Assembly: GCA_965249485.1 (NCBI GenBank)
Contig: OZ252239.1
Location: forward strand, 3,168,001 to 3,232,000
DNA length: 64,000 bases
Reading direction: 5' to 3'
From: a bacterium
Lineage (GTDB): Bacteria > SM23-31
The position numbers were made by a program, and so were the translations under genes. Position 1 is the first letter of the stretch. The number at the start of each line of letters is the position of its first letter. This document shows, in pieces, positions 52,735-63,215 of the stretch. Under the pieces are notes generated by a model that saw only the letters and a program-made list of their open reading frames with translations, searched no databases and was not told where the DNA came from.

Positions 52735-54009
52735 CTATCTACCAAACATCTCCACGAGATATAAACTTAAAGAAGGTATATAAGTAATAATAATGAGTGC
52801 AATCAGCATAATGACAATAAATGGTACAGCCGCCCGATAAAGCTTAATAACTGGTTTGTTGAACCGGAAACTGGCAATAAACAAATTTAGCCCGACTGGT
52901 GGCGTGGAATAACCAATTTCAAGATTAGTAAGAAAAATAATCCCGAGATGAACAGGATCTACTCCAAACTGTGTTGCAATTGGAAGAATGAGAGGAACGA
53001 TAACAAAAAGAGCGGAGAAAATATCCATTAGAAATCCGACAACAAGAAGAAATATATTTAATACTATAAGGAACATCACTTTGCTTGTTATATAATTCTG
53101 CATAAACGCGAGTATTTTCTGTGGTATTTCCTCATCAGTCATATATCCGGTCAGCCCAAGGGCAAGACCCATAATAACCAGAATACTTCCGACGAGTACC
53201 ATACTCTCTTTCATTATTTTTGGGACATCGCGAAAAATATGCAGATCTCTGTAAATGAACACTTCCACTACCAATACATAAAATGCGGTTATTGCAGCGG
53301 CCTCTGTTGCAGTTACATACCCACCGTATATACCAAGGATGATAATAAACGGGAGAGGAATCTCCCATGCTGCGTTCTTTGTTGCATTCCAAAGCCGAGA
53401 CCATGAAAATGGCTGCCGTTCTGTCTTTTTGTTTTTGTTTGCGTACATACTGTACAGCGAAAGTAAAAGAATCAATACAATACCAGGAATAATACCCGCA
53501 AGAAATAAATTATCGATACTTATGCCGGCAATCATTGCGTAGAGAATGATGGGGAGACTCGGTGGAAATAAGAGACCAAGGCTACCGGAAGTGGTTAGCA
53601 GTCCCAGTGAAAACCGTTCTTCATAGTGATCTTTTAGCATTACTGGATACAGCAATCCCCCAAGTGCAATAATGGTAACACCGGAGGCTCCGCTGAATGC
53701 GGTAAAAAATGCACAGGCACAGAGTGCTACGACAGCAAGTCCTCCGGGCATCCAGCCAAGCAGCGCTGATGTGATGTTAATAATCCTCTTTGGAGTGTTA
53801 CTCTCGGCAAGCATATAACCTGCAAAAGTAAACAGGGGTATCGCAAGCAGTGTTGGAAAGGTTGCAATCTTATACAACTCAATAAATAGACCGGCAGGCG
53901 GATATCCACTGGACACGTAAAATAAGAAGGTGAGTCCTCCGATAATAATAAATAGCGGTGTGCCAAACAATGCCAAAATGACCAATGCTATTCCGAGAAT
54001 GGCTATCAC
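52735..54009 (-). CDS. dctM: TRAP transporter large permease
   Basis: LLAIPLF, SLGLLFPPS, TATEAA, GYSTPPVGLNLF. Confidence 0.95.
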   Translation of the reverse strand: MIAILGIALVILALFGTPLFIIIGGLTFLFYVSSGYPPAGLFIELYKIATFPTLLAIPLFTFAGYMLAESNTPKRIINITSALLGWMPGGLAVVALCACAFFTAFSGASGVTIIALGGLLYPVMLKDHYEERFSLGLLTTSGSLGLLFPPSLPIILYAMIAGISIDNLFLAGIIPGIVLILLLSLYSMYANKNKKTERQPFSWSRLWNATKNAAWEIPLPFIIILGIYGGYVTATEAAAITAFYVLVVEVFIYRDLHIFRDVPKIMKESMVLVGSILVIMGLALGLTGYMTDEEIPQKILAFMQNYITSKVMFLIVLNIFLLVVGFLMDIFSALFVIVPLILPIATQFGVDPVHLGIIFLTNLEIGYSTPPVGLNLFIASFRFNKPVIKLYRAAVPFIVIMLIALIIITYIPSLSLYLVEMFGR

Positions 54010-54503
54010 TTCTTCCCCCCTTTAATGAGGAGAACAAGTTCATCCAGAAAATGGAGTAAAAAACGGTAGCCGATCAGAAAAAATCCTATCGGTATGACAA
54101 GCTGGAAAACCCACGTCACAATCCCGAAAATTTCCGGACTGCCAAATGAGCGTTCGATCATTACAAATTCCCATGCAGCACGTGCAAGAAGCGCTGTAAT
54201 AGTCAGTGATACTCCGTTGACTACAATACGCACATAATGTTTGGCAATATCTTTGAAAAGTTTTGTAAGTACATCGACATTGATATGTTTCTCAAGGCGG
54301 GCCGCCTGTGAGGCGCCGAGAAAGGCGACAAGAAGGACTAAATGTCTGAGAAATTCGTCGGCTCCACTAATGCCCGTATCAAAAATATTCCTAAGAATTA
54401 CCAGCGTAAACGCAAGCATCACCATCGTCAAAAGCAGGGTAACAAGAATAATATTTTCAAAAACAGAGAGCTTTTCGTCAATCCAATGTAGAATTTTCAA
54501 CAT
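54006..54503 (-). CDS. dctQ: TRAP transporter small permease
   Basis: 4 TM, LGAS...HINVD. Confidence 0.92.
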   Translation of the reverse strand: MLKILHWIDEKLSVFENIILVTLLLTMVMLAFTLVILRNIFDTGISGADEFLRHLVLLVAFLGASQAARLEKHINVDVLTKLFKDIAKHYVRIVVNGVSLTITALLARAAWEFVMIERSFGSPEIFGIVTWVFQLVIPIGFFLIGYRFLLHFLDELVLLIKGGKK

Positions 54504-54517
54504 AACACAGGGCTGTT

Positions 54518-55552
54518 TTAGTTTGACCGGGCTTCCTCAATGAGTATGAGCACTTCATTTAAGAGTTCCTGAGGGTATAATTCTCCTGAAAGGTTTTCTC
54601 GAACTTTCTGACCCGCATCTAAAAATACTTGCAGATTCTCTCCCTGTGGTTTCTGAACAAATTCAATTGCATTCTTTTCGAGATAGGCAAGCGCTTCTTC
54701 ATTATCTTTTCGAGTATGTTTGACCAGCTCCCCGAACCATTTTCTACTTGAAGTAAGTAGCAATTCCTGAAGATCCTGTTCGAGTTCGTCAAACTTATTT
54801 ATTGTGATAAGGACTGCTCCAGCACCATACGTTACCGGGAGAAGTGACATATAATTTGTTCTCTCGTGCCATGACAGAGCAAGTGCACCGTATGGATGAA
54901 CGTATACTGCATTAATGAGACCGGTCTGCAGAGAGGTCAAAGCATCGGGCAGTGCCAATGGAATTGGAGTGACGTTAAGCGATTGAAATAAATTCTGTGC
55001 AAGAGGATCTCCTGTCCATGTCCACATTTTAACTTTCTTCAAATCGTTGGATGTTATAACTCTGTCTTTTGAGAACATATAGACAAAGCCGACTTCAGCC
55101 CAGCCAAGAAGGATAAATCCCTTTTTTTCAAATTCTCCGGCAAAGCGGTCATAAAGCTTTTCGTTGACATAGTCGATTTCATTGTAGTTGTCAAACAGGA
55201 ATGGAAGTTCAAGTACCCGGATCAACGGCACAATATCTCCCAGTCCCCTGCCAGTCAATCCCGCTGCATGTAATCGAGCAACACGGGGATTCATTTTCCT
55301 GATTATATCGCTTTCATCACCTTGTGTATTTGCATAATTTTTTATTGTGAGCCTTCCACTCGAAAGCTGCTTTAGTTCCTTACTTAAACTTTTGATAATT
55401 CTATCCGGGGTTGTATTTGACGGCGCAATCGATGCAAATTTTATCTCATGGGTTTTCTGGGCATTTGCCGATGATACAAGCAAAACACAGGCAAGAAGTA
55501 TTGTTCCAGCTAGTTGTCGTAGTGAACCAATTAAATTGTAAATACGGGTCAT
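54518..55552 (-). CDS. dctP: TRAP transporter substrate-binding protein (DctP/TatP)
   Basis: IKFASIAP, QGDE, ELPFLF, LQTGLI. Confidence 0.9.
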   Translation of the reverse strand: MTRIYNLIGSLRQLAGTILLACVLLVSSANAQKTHEIKFASIAPSNTTPDRIIKSLSKELKQLSSGRLTIKNYANTQGDESDIIRKMNPRVARLHAAGLTGRGLGDIVPLIRVLELPFLFDNYNEIDYVNEKLYDRFAGEFEKKGFILLGWAEVGFVYMFSKDRVITSNDLKKVKMWTWTGDPLAQNLFQSLNVTPIPLALPDALTSLQTGLINAVYVHPYGALALSWHERTNYMSLLPVTYGAGAVLITINKFDELEQDLQELLLTSSRKWFGELVKHTRKDNEEALAYLEKNAIEFVQKPQGENLQVFLDAGQKVRENLSGELYPQELLNEVLILIEEARSN

Positions 55553-55589
55553 TATATTTCCTGTCTCTTTGAGTGTTTCCACGTAATCA

Positions 55590-56459
55590 CTAAAACCATT
55601 CATCTTTTTGTGCAAGATACAACCGAGCTTTTTCCTTGGCAATTTCGTTTATCAATCGATACTCGGGCAAAACGTCACCCGGAGTCTGAAGTACTTCGTT
55701 TAATACTGTAACAAAACTCTTTTCATCAAAGGTCCTGACAGCATAGTGCTTGGCATAGAGAACCTTGGTTAACAAAAATTTACCATCAGAGAATTCCAGA
55801 GCCCGGTCGAAATGATCCTTTGCAGATCGCTGATTTCCTGCTACCCCAATCTCGACCTCGACAACACCCAGAAAAAGGTGGGCTCCGCCAAAATAATACG
55901 ATTCATCAAGCTCGAGAATCCGTTCCATGATTGCCTTCACTTTTCCCATATTGGCTAAAGCTGAAAGATCACTGGGATTTGTTTTTATATAGCTGCCCCA
56001 GGCATTTGCTGCCCAGAACAGATCCGGAATATCACTTTTGCTTCTCGTCTGAAGCGCCAATTCGAACTCATCCAAATTGCTTTTCAGTGCTCTTTCTATA
56101 GAACTATTCCGTGACAACAATCTTCGGCCGAAATCACGGGCCCGTCCATAAAACACTATTGCACGCTCTTCATCGTAGTCTTCGATAAAACCGAGAGTAT
56201 ACCCGGTATACCCTTCAACTGCTCGTCGAAGGAGCATTCGGTTATCAGGATCGCTTTTCAGTAATCCTTCCAACATTTTCAAAAATCCTGCAATGGAATC
56301 TTGTGCCAGTTTCCGGTCGGATTCTTCATATACAGCCGTCAGAGTATTGTCGATGATGGTGCTTGTAGCATTGACTGCTATTTTCTGAATTGAGCAATTA
56401 ACGAACAAGAAAGTCGCTATCAGTAAACTGCTCAATATCCGGTTCAATCGATATATCAT
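55590..56459 (-). CDS. TRAP transporter TatT component lipoprotein (TPAT system)
   Basis: Lipobox-like FVNC, EGLL..DP, LDESYYFGGAH, HFDRAL, first gene of the TRAP operon. Confidence 0.85.
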   Translation of the reverse strand: MIYRLNRILSSLLIATFLFVNCSIQKIAVNATSTIIDNTLTAVYEESDRKLAQDSIAGFLKMLEGLLKSDPDNRMLLRRAVEGYTGYTLGFIEDYDEERAIVFYGRARDFGRRLLSRNSSIERALKSNLDEFELALQTRSKSDIPDLFWAANAWGSYIKTNPSDLSALANMGKVKAIMERILELDESYYFGGAHLFLGVVEVEIGVAGNQRSAKDHFDRALEFSDGKFLLTKVLYAKHYAVRTFDEKSFVTVLNEVLQTPGDVLPEYRLINEIAKEKARLYLAQKDEWF

Positions 56460-56646
56460 GGGAATGTTACTATTATGTTAATTTTTTATTTTATTATTTA
56501 CTGTAGTGAACGACAAAAAGGGATAAAATGTTCACCGAAAACAGAAAATGCCTCCCTGAAGACTGGCAGACATTTTAATACTAATAAGCAAATTCTTTTC
56601 TAATTATATTCTATAACACAAAGCATCTTAGAAAAGATGCTCATGT

Positions 56647-56979
56647 TTAGGACACTTTTTGAATCTTCCTTTTAAGATTGCGTATTCGGCGTCTGATATT
56701 GCGGAACTGATTGCTGTTATTGACGTCCTGTTCCTGCAATTCAGATTTTTTTTGTTTCAGTCTGAGTATTTCGATCTTTATCGCACCTTTATCATTTAAA
56801 CCTTTTTTCTTTTCAACTTTTGATAATTCTTTTCCAGGCTCATCTATTCCAAGCTCATCAATAATTGCAGACACCAGTGCGTCTTTTTTCATTCCACTCA
56901 TACCACTGAGCTTTGTATGCTCCGATGCATATTCTTTGAGTTGCTTTACTGTCATTTTTTTCAATTCTGATTCAGTCAT
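56647..56979 (-). CDS. Rho termination factor N-terminal domain-like small basic protein
   Basis: LKKMTVKQLKEYA...SGMKKDALV. Confidence 0.75.
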   Translation of the reverse strand: MTESELKKMTVKQLKEYASEHTKLSGMSGMKKDALVSAIIDELGIDEPGKELSKVEKKKGLNDKGAIKIEILRLKQKKSELQEQDVNNSNQFRNIRRRIRNLKRKIQKVS

Positions 56980-57408
56980 AGTTCCCTCAACATTTTATTT
57001 GTAAAAACACAATAAGTAGCGAACAAAATACAAAATTTCATCAGGAAATCAAAATGGTAATTTTCCACCTATTTTATGTGCACATTTCATCAAGGTTAGC
57101 AGGATATATTATGCTGTTCATAAATTCAAGCAAAAATAAAATTCCAACGTGCAATGTTAACCCTGATGCTGTATATTGTGCAGAGAACTGTAGTGTCAAT
57201 GATAATCAATATTTGAAATCATATTTTTTAGAGATTAAATGAATTCACATCTGATATTTTTTTCTGAACCATTTCCGTCCAAACTGCGTATTATAATAAT
57301 ACGAACAATAATACCGTATTTATTATAAGAAATGACAAATAATCTTGATTTATCTTCCCAAGATCGGTATTTTTAATTAGTTATCACTCAATATAATAGG
57401 TAGGCTAC

Positions 57409-58275
57409 ATGACTTGCCACAACACTATAAGGCTGATTCTTATTTGTCTTGTAATTAATACTGGAACATTAATAATCCCGGCGTCAACTGCTTTAGGACA
57501 GCGGATAAGGGCAGATGTTACAGTAAATTTGGAGCAGCTTGTTCCTGAACAACAATTTGAACTTCAAAACTTCCACAACATTATCAAACAGTATTTTGAA
57601 TTTTCTTCCTGGCCGGAGGGAAAATACGATTATAAAATCTCTTTAAAAATCCAAATAGTACTAGATCGCATGCAAACGTCATTTGAGGATGTCTATCATG
57701 GCCGCCTTTTTATTGCGAGTGACGAGACTGGATTTAAGGAAGTTGATCGCCGTTGGCGGTTTCCGTATCAGCAGAACCAGTCTCTATCTCTGAATGTGAA
57801 TCTATTTGACGGTTTAACCGGATTACTTAATTTTTACACTTTGATTGTAATTGGTGAATACATGGATCGTCTTGAACATTTTGCAGGTGATTCATTCTTT
57901 CGGCAGGCCAGAAACATAGCACTTTTCGGTCGAGCAGACCGGTACAATTTCTGGTGGGATAAAAGAGAAGAGTTTATTGCTGGATATTTAAACGAATCGC
58001 ACAAAGTTTTTCGGACAATGACAGCTTTTTATGATGCTGCACTTTATTGGAAATCGGTGAATAATGAAGAAGAAAAACTCTATGCAATGCAGGAAACAAT
58101 CAAGCTGCTTGAAGAAACTGCGAAAATCCCGGCAGAAGAAAAGTTCTTGAAAAATTTTTTCGATAAAGAATATTCACAATTATCTGCTTTATTTGCCACC
58201 AACGCTAACATTCTGGACATACTCGCAAAGCTTGATCCCAACAGGCAGAATACTTATTTGAAACAGGATAAATAG
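57409..58275 (+). CDS. DUF4835-like (PorD-like) periplasmic protein
   Basis: Signal peptide; A.VTVN, D..W.F.Y, L.FY...IG...D.....GD..F..A pattern. Confidence 0.6.
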   Translation: MTCHNTIRLILICLVINTGTLIIPASTALGQRIRADVTVNLEQLVPEQQFELQNFHNIIKQYFEFSSWPEGKYDYKISLKIQIVLDRMQTSFEDVYHGRLFIASDETGFKEVDRRWRFPYQQNQSLSLNVNLFDGLTGLLNFYTLIVIGEYMDRLEHFAGDSFFRQARNIALFGRADRYNFWWDKREEFIAGYLNESHKVFRTMTAFYDAALYWKSVNNEEEKLYAMQETIKLLEETAKIPAEEKFLKNFFDKEYSQLSALFATNANILDILAKLDPNRQNTYLKQDK

Positions 58276-58286
58276 TTTTTATAATT

Positions 58287-59693
58287 TTACAAAGTCACTT
58301 CTATTATTTCATTGTTTTCTACTCTATATCGAACTTTTGTTGTTTCATCCTTGATAGTTTTTTTCAGGTTGAGTAGGGTTATGGAAACACCACGATAGAC
58401 TTTTGAGAGAACATCAATAGTTACATCATTATATTTTTTCATTTCTTCTTCAATCTGGTTTTTTTTCTCTTCAAGTTCTTTTTTATGATTGGGAATTTGT
58501 CCTTGCAAAACCTGTAATTTATTGAGAAGCTGCTCCTGTTCAGGAGGTAATTTACCAACTTTCATCTTATTTTTAAAAAGTACATAAATGGCTTTCTTAA
58601 TCTCATCCATATTCTGATCGCTTTTTACGTGCTGCTCTTTCAAGTCTTCCAGCTTTTTCGTCAGCTCATCATCAACTCCTGCTATTATTTCAGTTTTAGT
58701 TTCCTGATAACTACCCAACTCTTTTACAACTAAACCTTTTGTTGCGCGTGTCAAACCTCCGACTATTGTTCCTTTAGATCCCTGAACTTCTATAGTTGAT
58801 TCACAGATCAGTGTACTGTGGAGTACGGCTTCACCGACAATAATATTTCCTTTTGCTTTGATCGTTTGATTTTCGCAAAATTTAAGAATTACATCACCCT
58901 TAGCTTCAATGATTCCTTTCCCTTTTCCGACTATTCCCTTTTTTATAACAACACTACCGCCACTTATGACTTTAGCATCTTCCACAAGTCCTTCTATCTG
59001 AACATCATTTTCTGAACGAACCTCGAATCCCGATTTCACATCACCCTTAATCAAAAGAGAACCAACATAATCAATATTACCCGTCTGAAAGTCAACAGAA
59101 GTTGGAACAATATACACTGATTCGACCGAAACCGAACCACCTTTCAGTATGACATTACCGTCAATACTGGAAACTAAAATATTAGGATTATCCGGAGAAG
59201 CATTCGTATTGGGACCAACAGGCAATTTAGCAACTCCTCCAACTACAGGGAGAATAGTCTCATTGAGCACAGTTTTACCGTCTTTACCAGGTACTGGAGA
59301 AATAGTTTCTGCAAGCCTGTCTTCCTTTTTCACATTTTGAATGAGTTGTATCTCTTTAAAATCAACATTCCCTTTTTCATCTTCCTTCGGTGCCACATTC
59401 CGCTTCGTTAAAAACAAAAATTTCACATAGCCGTCTACACCATCTTCTGATGGAGTACCGAAAGCAACATCGATACTTTCGTCGAATTGCTCATTTTTAA
59501 TTATATTATGAATGAGATCGGTATCAATACCATATATAATCTTTTCTTTTTTGAGTGCCTGAAACACCATTTCTGCAGTTGGTTCAGTTCCTCCGTCAGA
59601 CGCCGACACAATTTGTATCGAAGCCCTCATGCCCTTGTCTAAAACTTTGACCGTTACACTACTATCTCTTTTGTCTGTATTACCTTCAGCCAT
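58287..59693 (-). CDS. FapA/DUF342 family protein
   Basis: G.VDFKE, VDFQTGNIDYVGS, GDVKSGF, IVGG; ATG 59693 likely start. Confidence 0.88.
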   Translation of the reverse strand: MAEGNTDKRDSSVTVKVLDKGMRASIQIVSASDGGTEPTAEMVFQALKKEKIIYGIDTDLIHNIIKNEQFDESIDVAFGTPSEDGVDGYVKFLFLTKRNVAPKEDEKGNVDFKEIQLIQNVKKEDRLAETISPVPGKDGKTVLNETILPVVGGVAKLPVGPNTNASPDNPNILVSSIDGNVILKGGSVSVESVYIVPTSVDFQTGNIDYVGSLLIKGDVKSGFEVRSENDVQIEGLVEDAKVISGGSVVIKKGIVGKGKGIIEAKGDVILKFCENQTIKAKGNIIVGEAVLHSTLICESTIEVQGSKGTIVGGLTRATKGLVVKELGSYQETKTEIIAGVDDELTKKLEDLKEQHVKSDQNMDEIKKAIYVLFKNKMKVGKLPPEQEQLLNKLQVLQGQIPNHKKELEEKKNQIEEEMKKYNDVTIDVLSKVYRGVSITLLNLKKTIKDETTKVRYRVENNEIIEVTL

Positions 59694-59881
59694 AGCGTTT
59701 TCGGATATGTATGTTACGCAAAGTACTATTATGCAAAAAATGAGATGATTTATTTCACGTAAGGTATAATCATCCCATGATGGAAAGTAAGATTTACTGC
59801 TCAAAATGTCAAGGATATAAAGAAAAGTGGAAATTGTGTCTACGGAAGTTAAATAATAGACTGCTGGTAAAGGTGTGATAG

Positions 59882-60265
59882 TTATTCTTTGGTGTCAATA
59901 AACGAATCTACAATCTTTTTGGGATTCAGATAACCTTCATTCATTTTTCTGCCACGATAAAGTTCTTTCATTTCTTCCAAAACAGAGTCTTTAGACGTTG
60001 TTAATATATGTGATGCTTGTGCATCTACATCCATTATATCACGGATAAGCGACCCGCGCTTTGTATTGTAGCGTTCAAGTTCCTGAGAACTCACCATATC
60101 GGGAGAATCATTGAGGAGGCGTCCAAGTGCTTTTTCCAATTCTGACAAAACAGCAATTTCCTGTCCGCGACTGGCAAAAAGCGACTCTAATTTGCTGTAT
60201 TCTTCGGTTTCTATGAGGGACGATATACTTTGAGAAAGGCGGACCACTTCATCTAAGTGATCCAT
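59882..60265 (-). CDS. Flagellar chaperone-like protein (FlgN/FliT-like)
   Basis: Helical, ends GY...SFIDTKE; follows flgM. Confidence 0.55.
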   Translation of the reverse strand: MDHLDEVVRLSQSISSLIETEEYSKLESLFASRGQEIAVLSELEKALGRLLNDSPDMVSSQELERYNTKRGSLIRDIMDVDAQASHILTTSKDSVLEEMKELYRGRKMNEGYLNPKKIVDSFIDTKE

Positions 60266-60332
60266 ACACCGTTTGAGAATCGGTTTTTCTGTAAAATAGT
60301 CAGGTATTGCAATGAGTAAAATTCAGTAAACG

Positions 60333-60641
60333 TTAAAGACCAAACTGAACAAGCAGTTGTTCTGCAATTGAACTGGTCTGTTCTCGGCTAAGGGCATATC
60401 CGTTGCTCAGTTCATTTTGAAACGAATGCACTTCACCGATACGAATTTCAGGTAGTTCACCTATATATTCTTTGACTCGTTGAATAAAGTCCTCAATCGT
60501 GTACCGCTGTCTGGCATCGGTAGAGATATGAACTTCATCCTGTTTTCCCGAATTCTTTGTCCGTGCCGATTCTTTTCGCACATTATAATTATTCTGTGCA
60601 GACGGCAGCCCGTGAATACTACTAATATCCATACGTGTCAT
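60333..60641 (-). CDS. flgM: Anti-sigma28 factor FlgM
   Basis: DEVHIS, LPEIR..V......NGY, IAEQLL. Confidence 0.7.
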   Translation of the reverse strand: MTRMDISSIHGLPSAQNNYNVRKESARTKNSGKQDEVHISTDARQRYTIEDFIQRVKEYIGELPEIRIGEVHSFQNELSNGYALSREQTSSIAEQLLVQFGL

Positions 60642-60660
60642 CCATTAGTTCATAATCAAA

Positions 60661-61047
60661 TCAGGCAGTCTCGTCAACAATTCTGCCAATTATTTCCGCT
60701 AAACGGGAAGCAAGCTCCAAAAGTTGTTCAGGAGGAATTTCCCGGACAACTTTCTCTGTTTCGCGATCCATTATTTTTATAACAGTATTTCCGGAAGTCT
60801 CATCGATTGAAAAATTAATAGTAGTATTAAATATTCGAAAATTCTCATTAAGATCTTCAGTAACTTTTTTCAGCAATTCCGGATCAAGCTTTCTACTAAT
60901 TGGAACAGCTGCTTCTTCCTGGGGCGTTTCGCTAATAACCGGCTGTGAACTTACTTGGACTTTCTGATTCGAGGATGGCTGTATGTTCACCGGCTGGTCA
61001 ATCCCGGGATTTAATGTTATCCCATCTTGTACCATAGGTTCACCCAC
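60661..61047 (-). CDS. flaG: Flagellar protein FlaG
   Basis: FSIDE...VIKIMDRET.KVVREIPPEQ...G.IVDE. Confidence 0.92.
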   Translation of the reverse strand: MGEPMVQDGITLNPGIDQPVNIQPSSNQKVQVSSQPVISETPQEEAAVPISRKLDPELLKKVTEDLNENFRIFNTTINFSIDETSGNTVIKIMDRETEKVVREIPPEQLLELASRLAEIIGRIVDETA

Positions 61048-61131
61048 TATTCAATTTTTATAAGGTTGTTTACTCCATTGTATATGTTATTTATTACAGT
61101 AGAGAGCCTGATCAAAACTACACCTATACAT

Positions 61132-62616
61132 TTAAAATGTATTAAACTGTGGTGTATTTAATCCTCCTGTGGCCAAATTACCAAATTGAAAACCCGATCT
61201 CTGAAGCGTAAGCTGCTGCGACTGAAGTGTGCTTAAAAGTCTCGACAGTTGTGTAAATTGCTGCCTCAGATTTGACTCTCTTCCTTTTAATCTTGTATTT
61301 AATCGTTCTACGTGTCTATCAATAGTTTTAATATTTTCTCGGAAACTCTTTTCAATCCCCCGAAAGACACCGCTAAAACTGGTAAACTTTTTAAGTTCAT
61401 CGTCTAATTTCTGTGCCAGCCCACCATCGTCTCTGAAAAAATTCCGTATTTCATTTGCATTTTCTTCAATTGACTGTTCAAATTTTTCCTGATCTGCAAT
61501 TGTGAGTGTTCCATCACGCTCAATCTCAATTCCTAAATTTGTAATATTAGTAATCGTTGTGTTTCCATTACCGGTTATATTACCCGATATTTGCTCGCGC
61601 AATCGAATCCGCAACTGAATAATCGTCGAATTTCCAACAAATTTTCCACGGACATTTGATGACGGATCTCTCTGCAGCCTTTTATTGATGAAACTCAACG
61701 CCGTATTATATTCATCAACAAAACTCTTAATCTCTTCCTGCAGTGCATCGCCATCCGTTGAAACTGTAAGTGTTTCGGCGTTTTCCCCTTCATCCTGCGC
61801 TTTCAATAATGACAGTGTCAATCCTTTTACAACACCCGATACTGTATTACTGTCATGCGTAATTTCAACACCATTCAAGGTGAAAAGAGCATCAAGTTCT
61901 TCACTGTTTTCCTGAATATATCCACTTTTTTTGTTTGTGGCCTCAGTTCTTTGCGATCCTAAGTTCAATCCAATATTATCGAGCAGGCCTTTTCCCGAAG
62001 TATCATTAAGCGATATTGTATTTGATGAGCCTGTCTCTTTTGATACGATTGATAGTCTCAAGGAGTTCCTATTAACGCTTATCGAATTTGCAGTTACACC
62101 GATACCGGCATTATTAATACTCTCTGCAATACGCGTCAGAACTTCCTCATTCGTCTCATTCTTATCATTAAAGGAAACTGTAAATTCAACGGCAGGATCG
62201 TCACCTATCTGGATTGAAAACTGCTTTGTCGAACCATCAAACTTTTTTGCCAGCGAATTACTATCCGCCTTTACGATGTCAGAGAGCGCTGTGTCACGGC
62301 TCGCAATACGCGAAACAAATAATGTATTGACACCAATATCTGTATTCGCTTCGGCTTCTGCCGTCACAATTGAATCATTACTTGATATCACTGCACGAGC
62401 ACTGAGATTCGAATCAGCACTGAATGACCGAAATCCTTTCACTCTGTCGCACAGTGTTGAAAGTTCAGTCTTTAATCCCGAAAAAACCGAACTTTTATTG
62501 AGAATATCGCTTTTGCGATTCTCTAATCTCTCTACGGGTCTACGTTCGACCTGTAGAAAGTTTTCGACAAATGAATTAATATCAATTTGTCCATTGAGTC
62601 CACTTATTGCCGCCAT
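61132..62616 (-). CDS. fliD: Flagellar filament cap protein
   Basis: ISGL..ID, SKETGSSN, DALFTLNG...SNTV, FVDEYN, QFTQL. Confidence 0.93.
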   Translation of the reverse strand: MAAISGLNGQIDINSFVENFLQVERRPVERLENRKSDILNKSSVFSGLKTELSTLCDRVKGFRSFSADSNLSARAVISSNDSIVTAEAEANTDIGVNTLFVSRIASRDTALSDIVKADSNSLAKKFDGSTKQFSIQIGDDPAVEFTVSFNDKNETNEEVLTRIAESINNAGIGVTANSISVNRNSLRLSIVSKETGSSNTISLNDTSGKGLLDNIGLNLGSQRTEATNKKSGYIQENSEELDALFTLNGVEITHDSNTVSGVVKGLTLSLLKAQDEGENAETLTVSTDGDALQEEIKSFVDEYNTALSFINKRLQRDPSSNVRGKFVGNSTIIQLRIRLREQISGNITGNGNTTITNITNLGIEIERDGTLTIADQEKFEQSIEENANEIRNFFRDDGGLAQKLDDELKKFTSFSGVFRGIEKSFRENIKTIDRHVERLNTRLKGRESNLRQQFTQLSRLLSTLQSQQLTLQRSGFQFGNLATGGLNTPQFNTF

Positions 62617-62642
62617 CTTAACTCACTTTGTTATGAAATCAA

Positions 62643-62996
62643 TTATATTTTTACCTTCGTACCTCCATTATTAGCTCCTGTAGCTTCAATCCAACTATTA
62701 CGAAGGCTATGTAATATTTCTATAGCTTCATCAAATTTACTCTGTCTTACCAAGTCCATACAGTATTGGTATAACCGAAATAACCCCAGTGAAACCTCTG
62801 CATACTCGAAATTCAACGATGAAATTAGTTCTACCAGGCCTTTACTGGCTTTATCCATATCACCCTTCTTGCACTGAACAATAACAAAATCGTAAACTTT
62901 TATCAATAATTGTATCGGATCAAGACCCATTATCTGGCTCTGCTGGTGTGATTGAAGTTTTTTTCCATCCATCAGCGTCGAATTTGATTTCCGCAA
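62643..62996 (-). CDS. fliS: Flagellin export chaperone FliS
   Basis: P.QL..KVYD, ELISSLNFE, L..LYQY, LRNSW. Confidence 0.9.
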   Translation of the reverse strand: MRKSNSTLMDGKKLQSHQQSQIMGLDPIQLLIKVYDFVIVQCKKGDMDKASKGLVELISSLNFEYAEVSLGLFRLYQYCMDLVRQSKFDEAIEILHSLRNSWIEATGANNGGTKVKI

Positions 62997-63065
62997 TATT
63001 TTCTCCTATGATTCCTGCTTAGAATACAATGAGCGATTCCGATACGACCATACCTATCTATATAG

Positions 63066-63092
63066 GTATCGGCAATAATCGGCAAACCTTTA
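63066..63092 (-). promoter_or_regulatory. sigma28 (FliA) promoter of the fliS-fliD operon
   Basis: TAAA-N15-GCCGATAC. Confidence 0.85.
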
Positions 63093-63215
63093 TTCTTTTG
63101 TCTGTTTTTTTCGATTTTTAATATACTACTTTGTGACTGGCAACTGAATGCAGCATAAATTATTCTAGGATTTTCATACTGGAATAATACTTTTTCATGA
63201 TTTTCTTTTTCGTCT

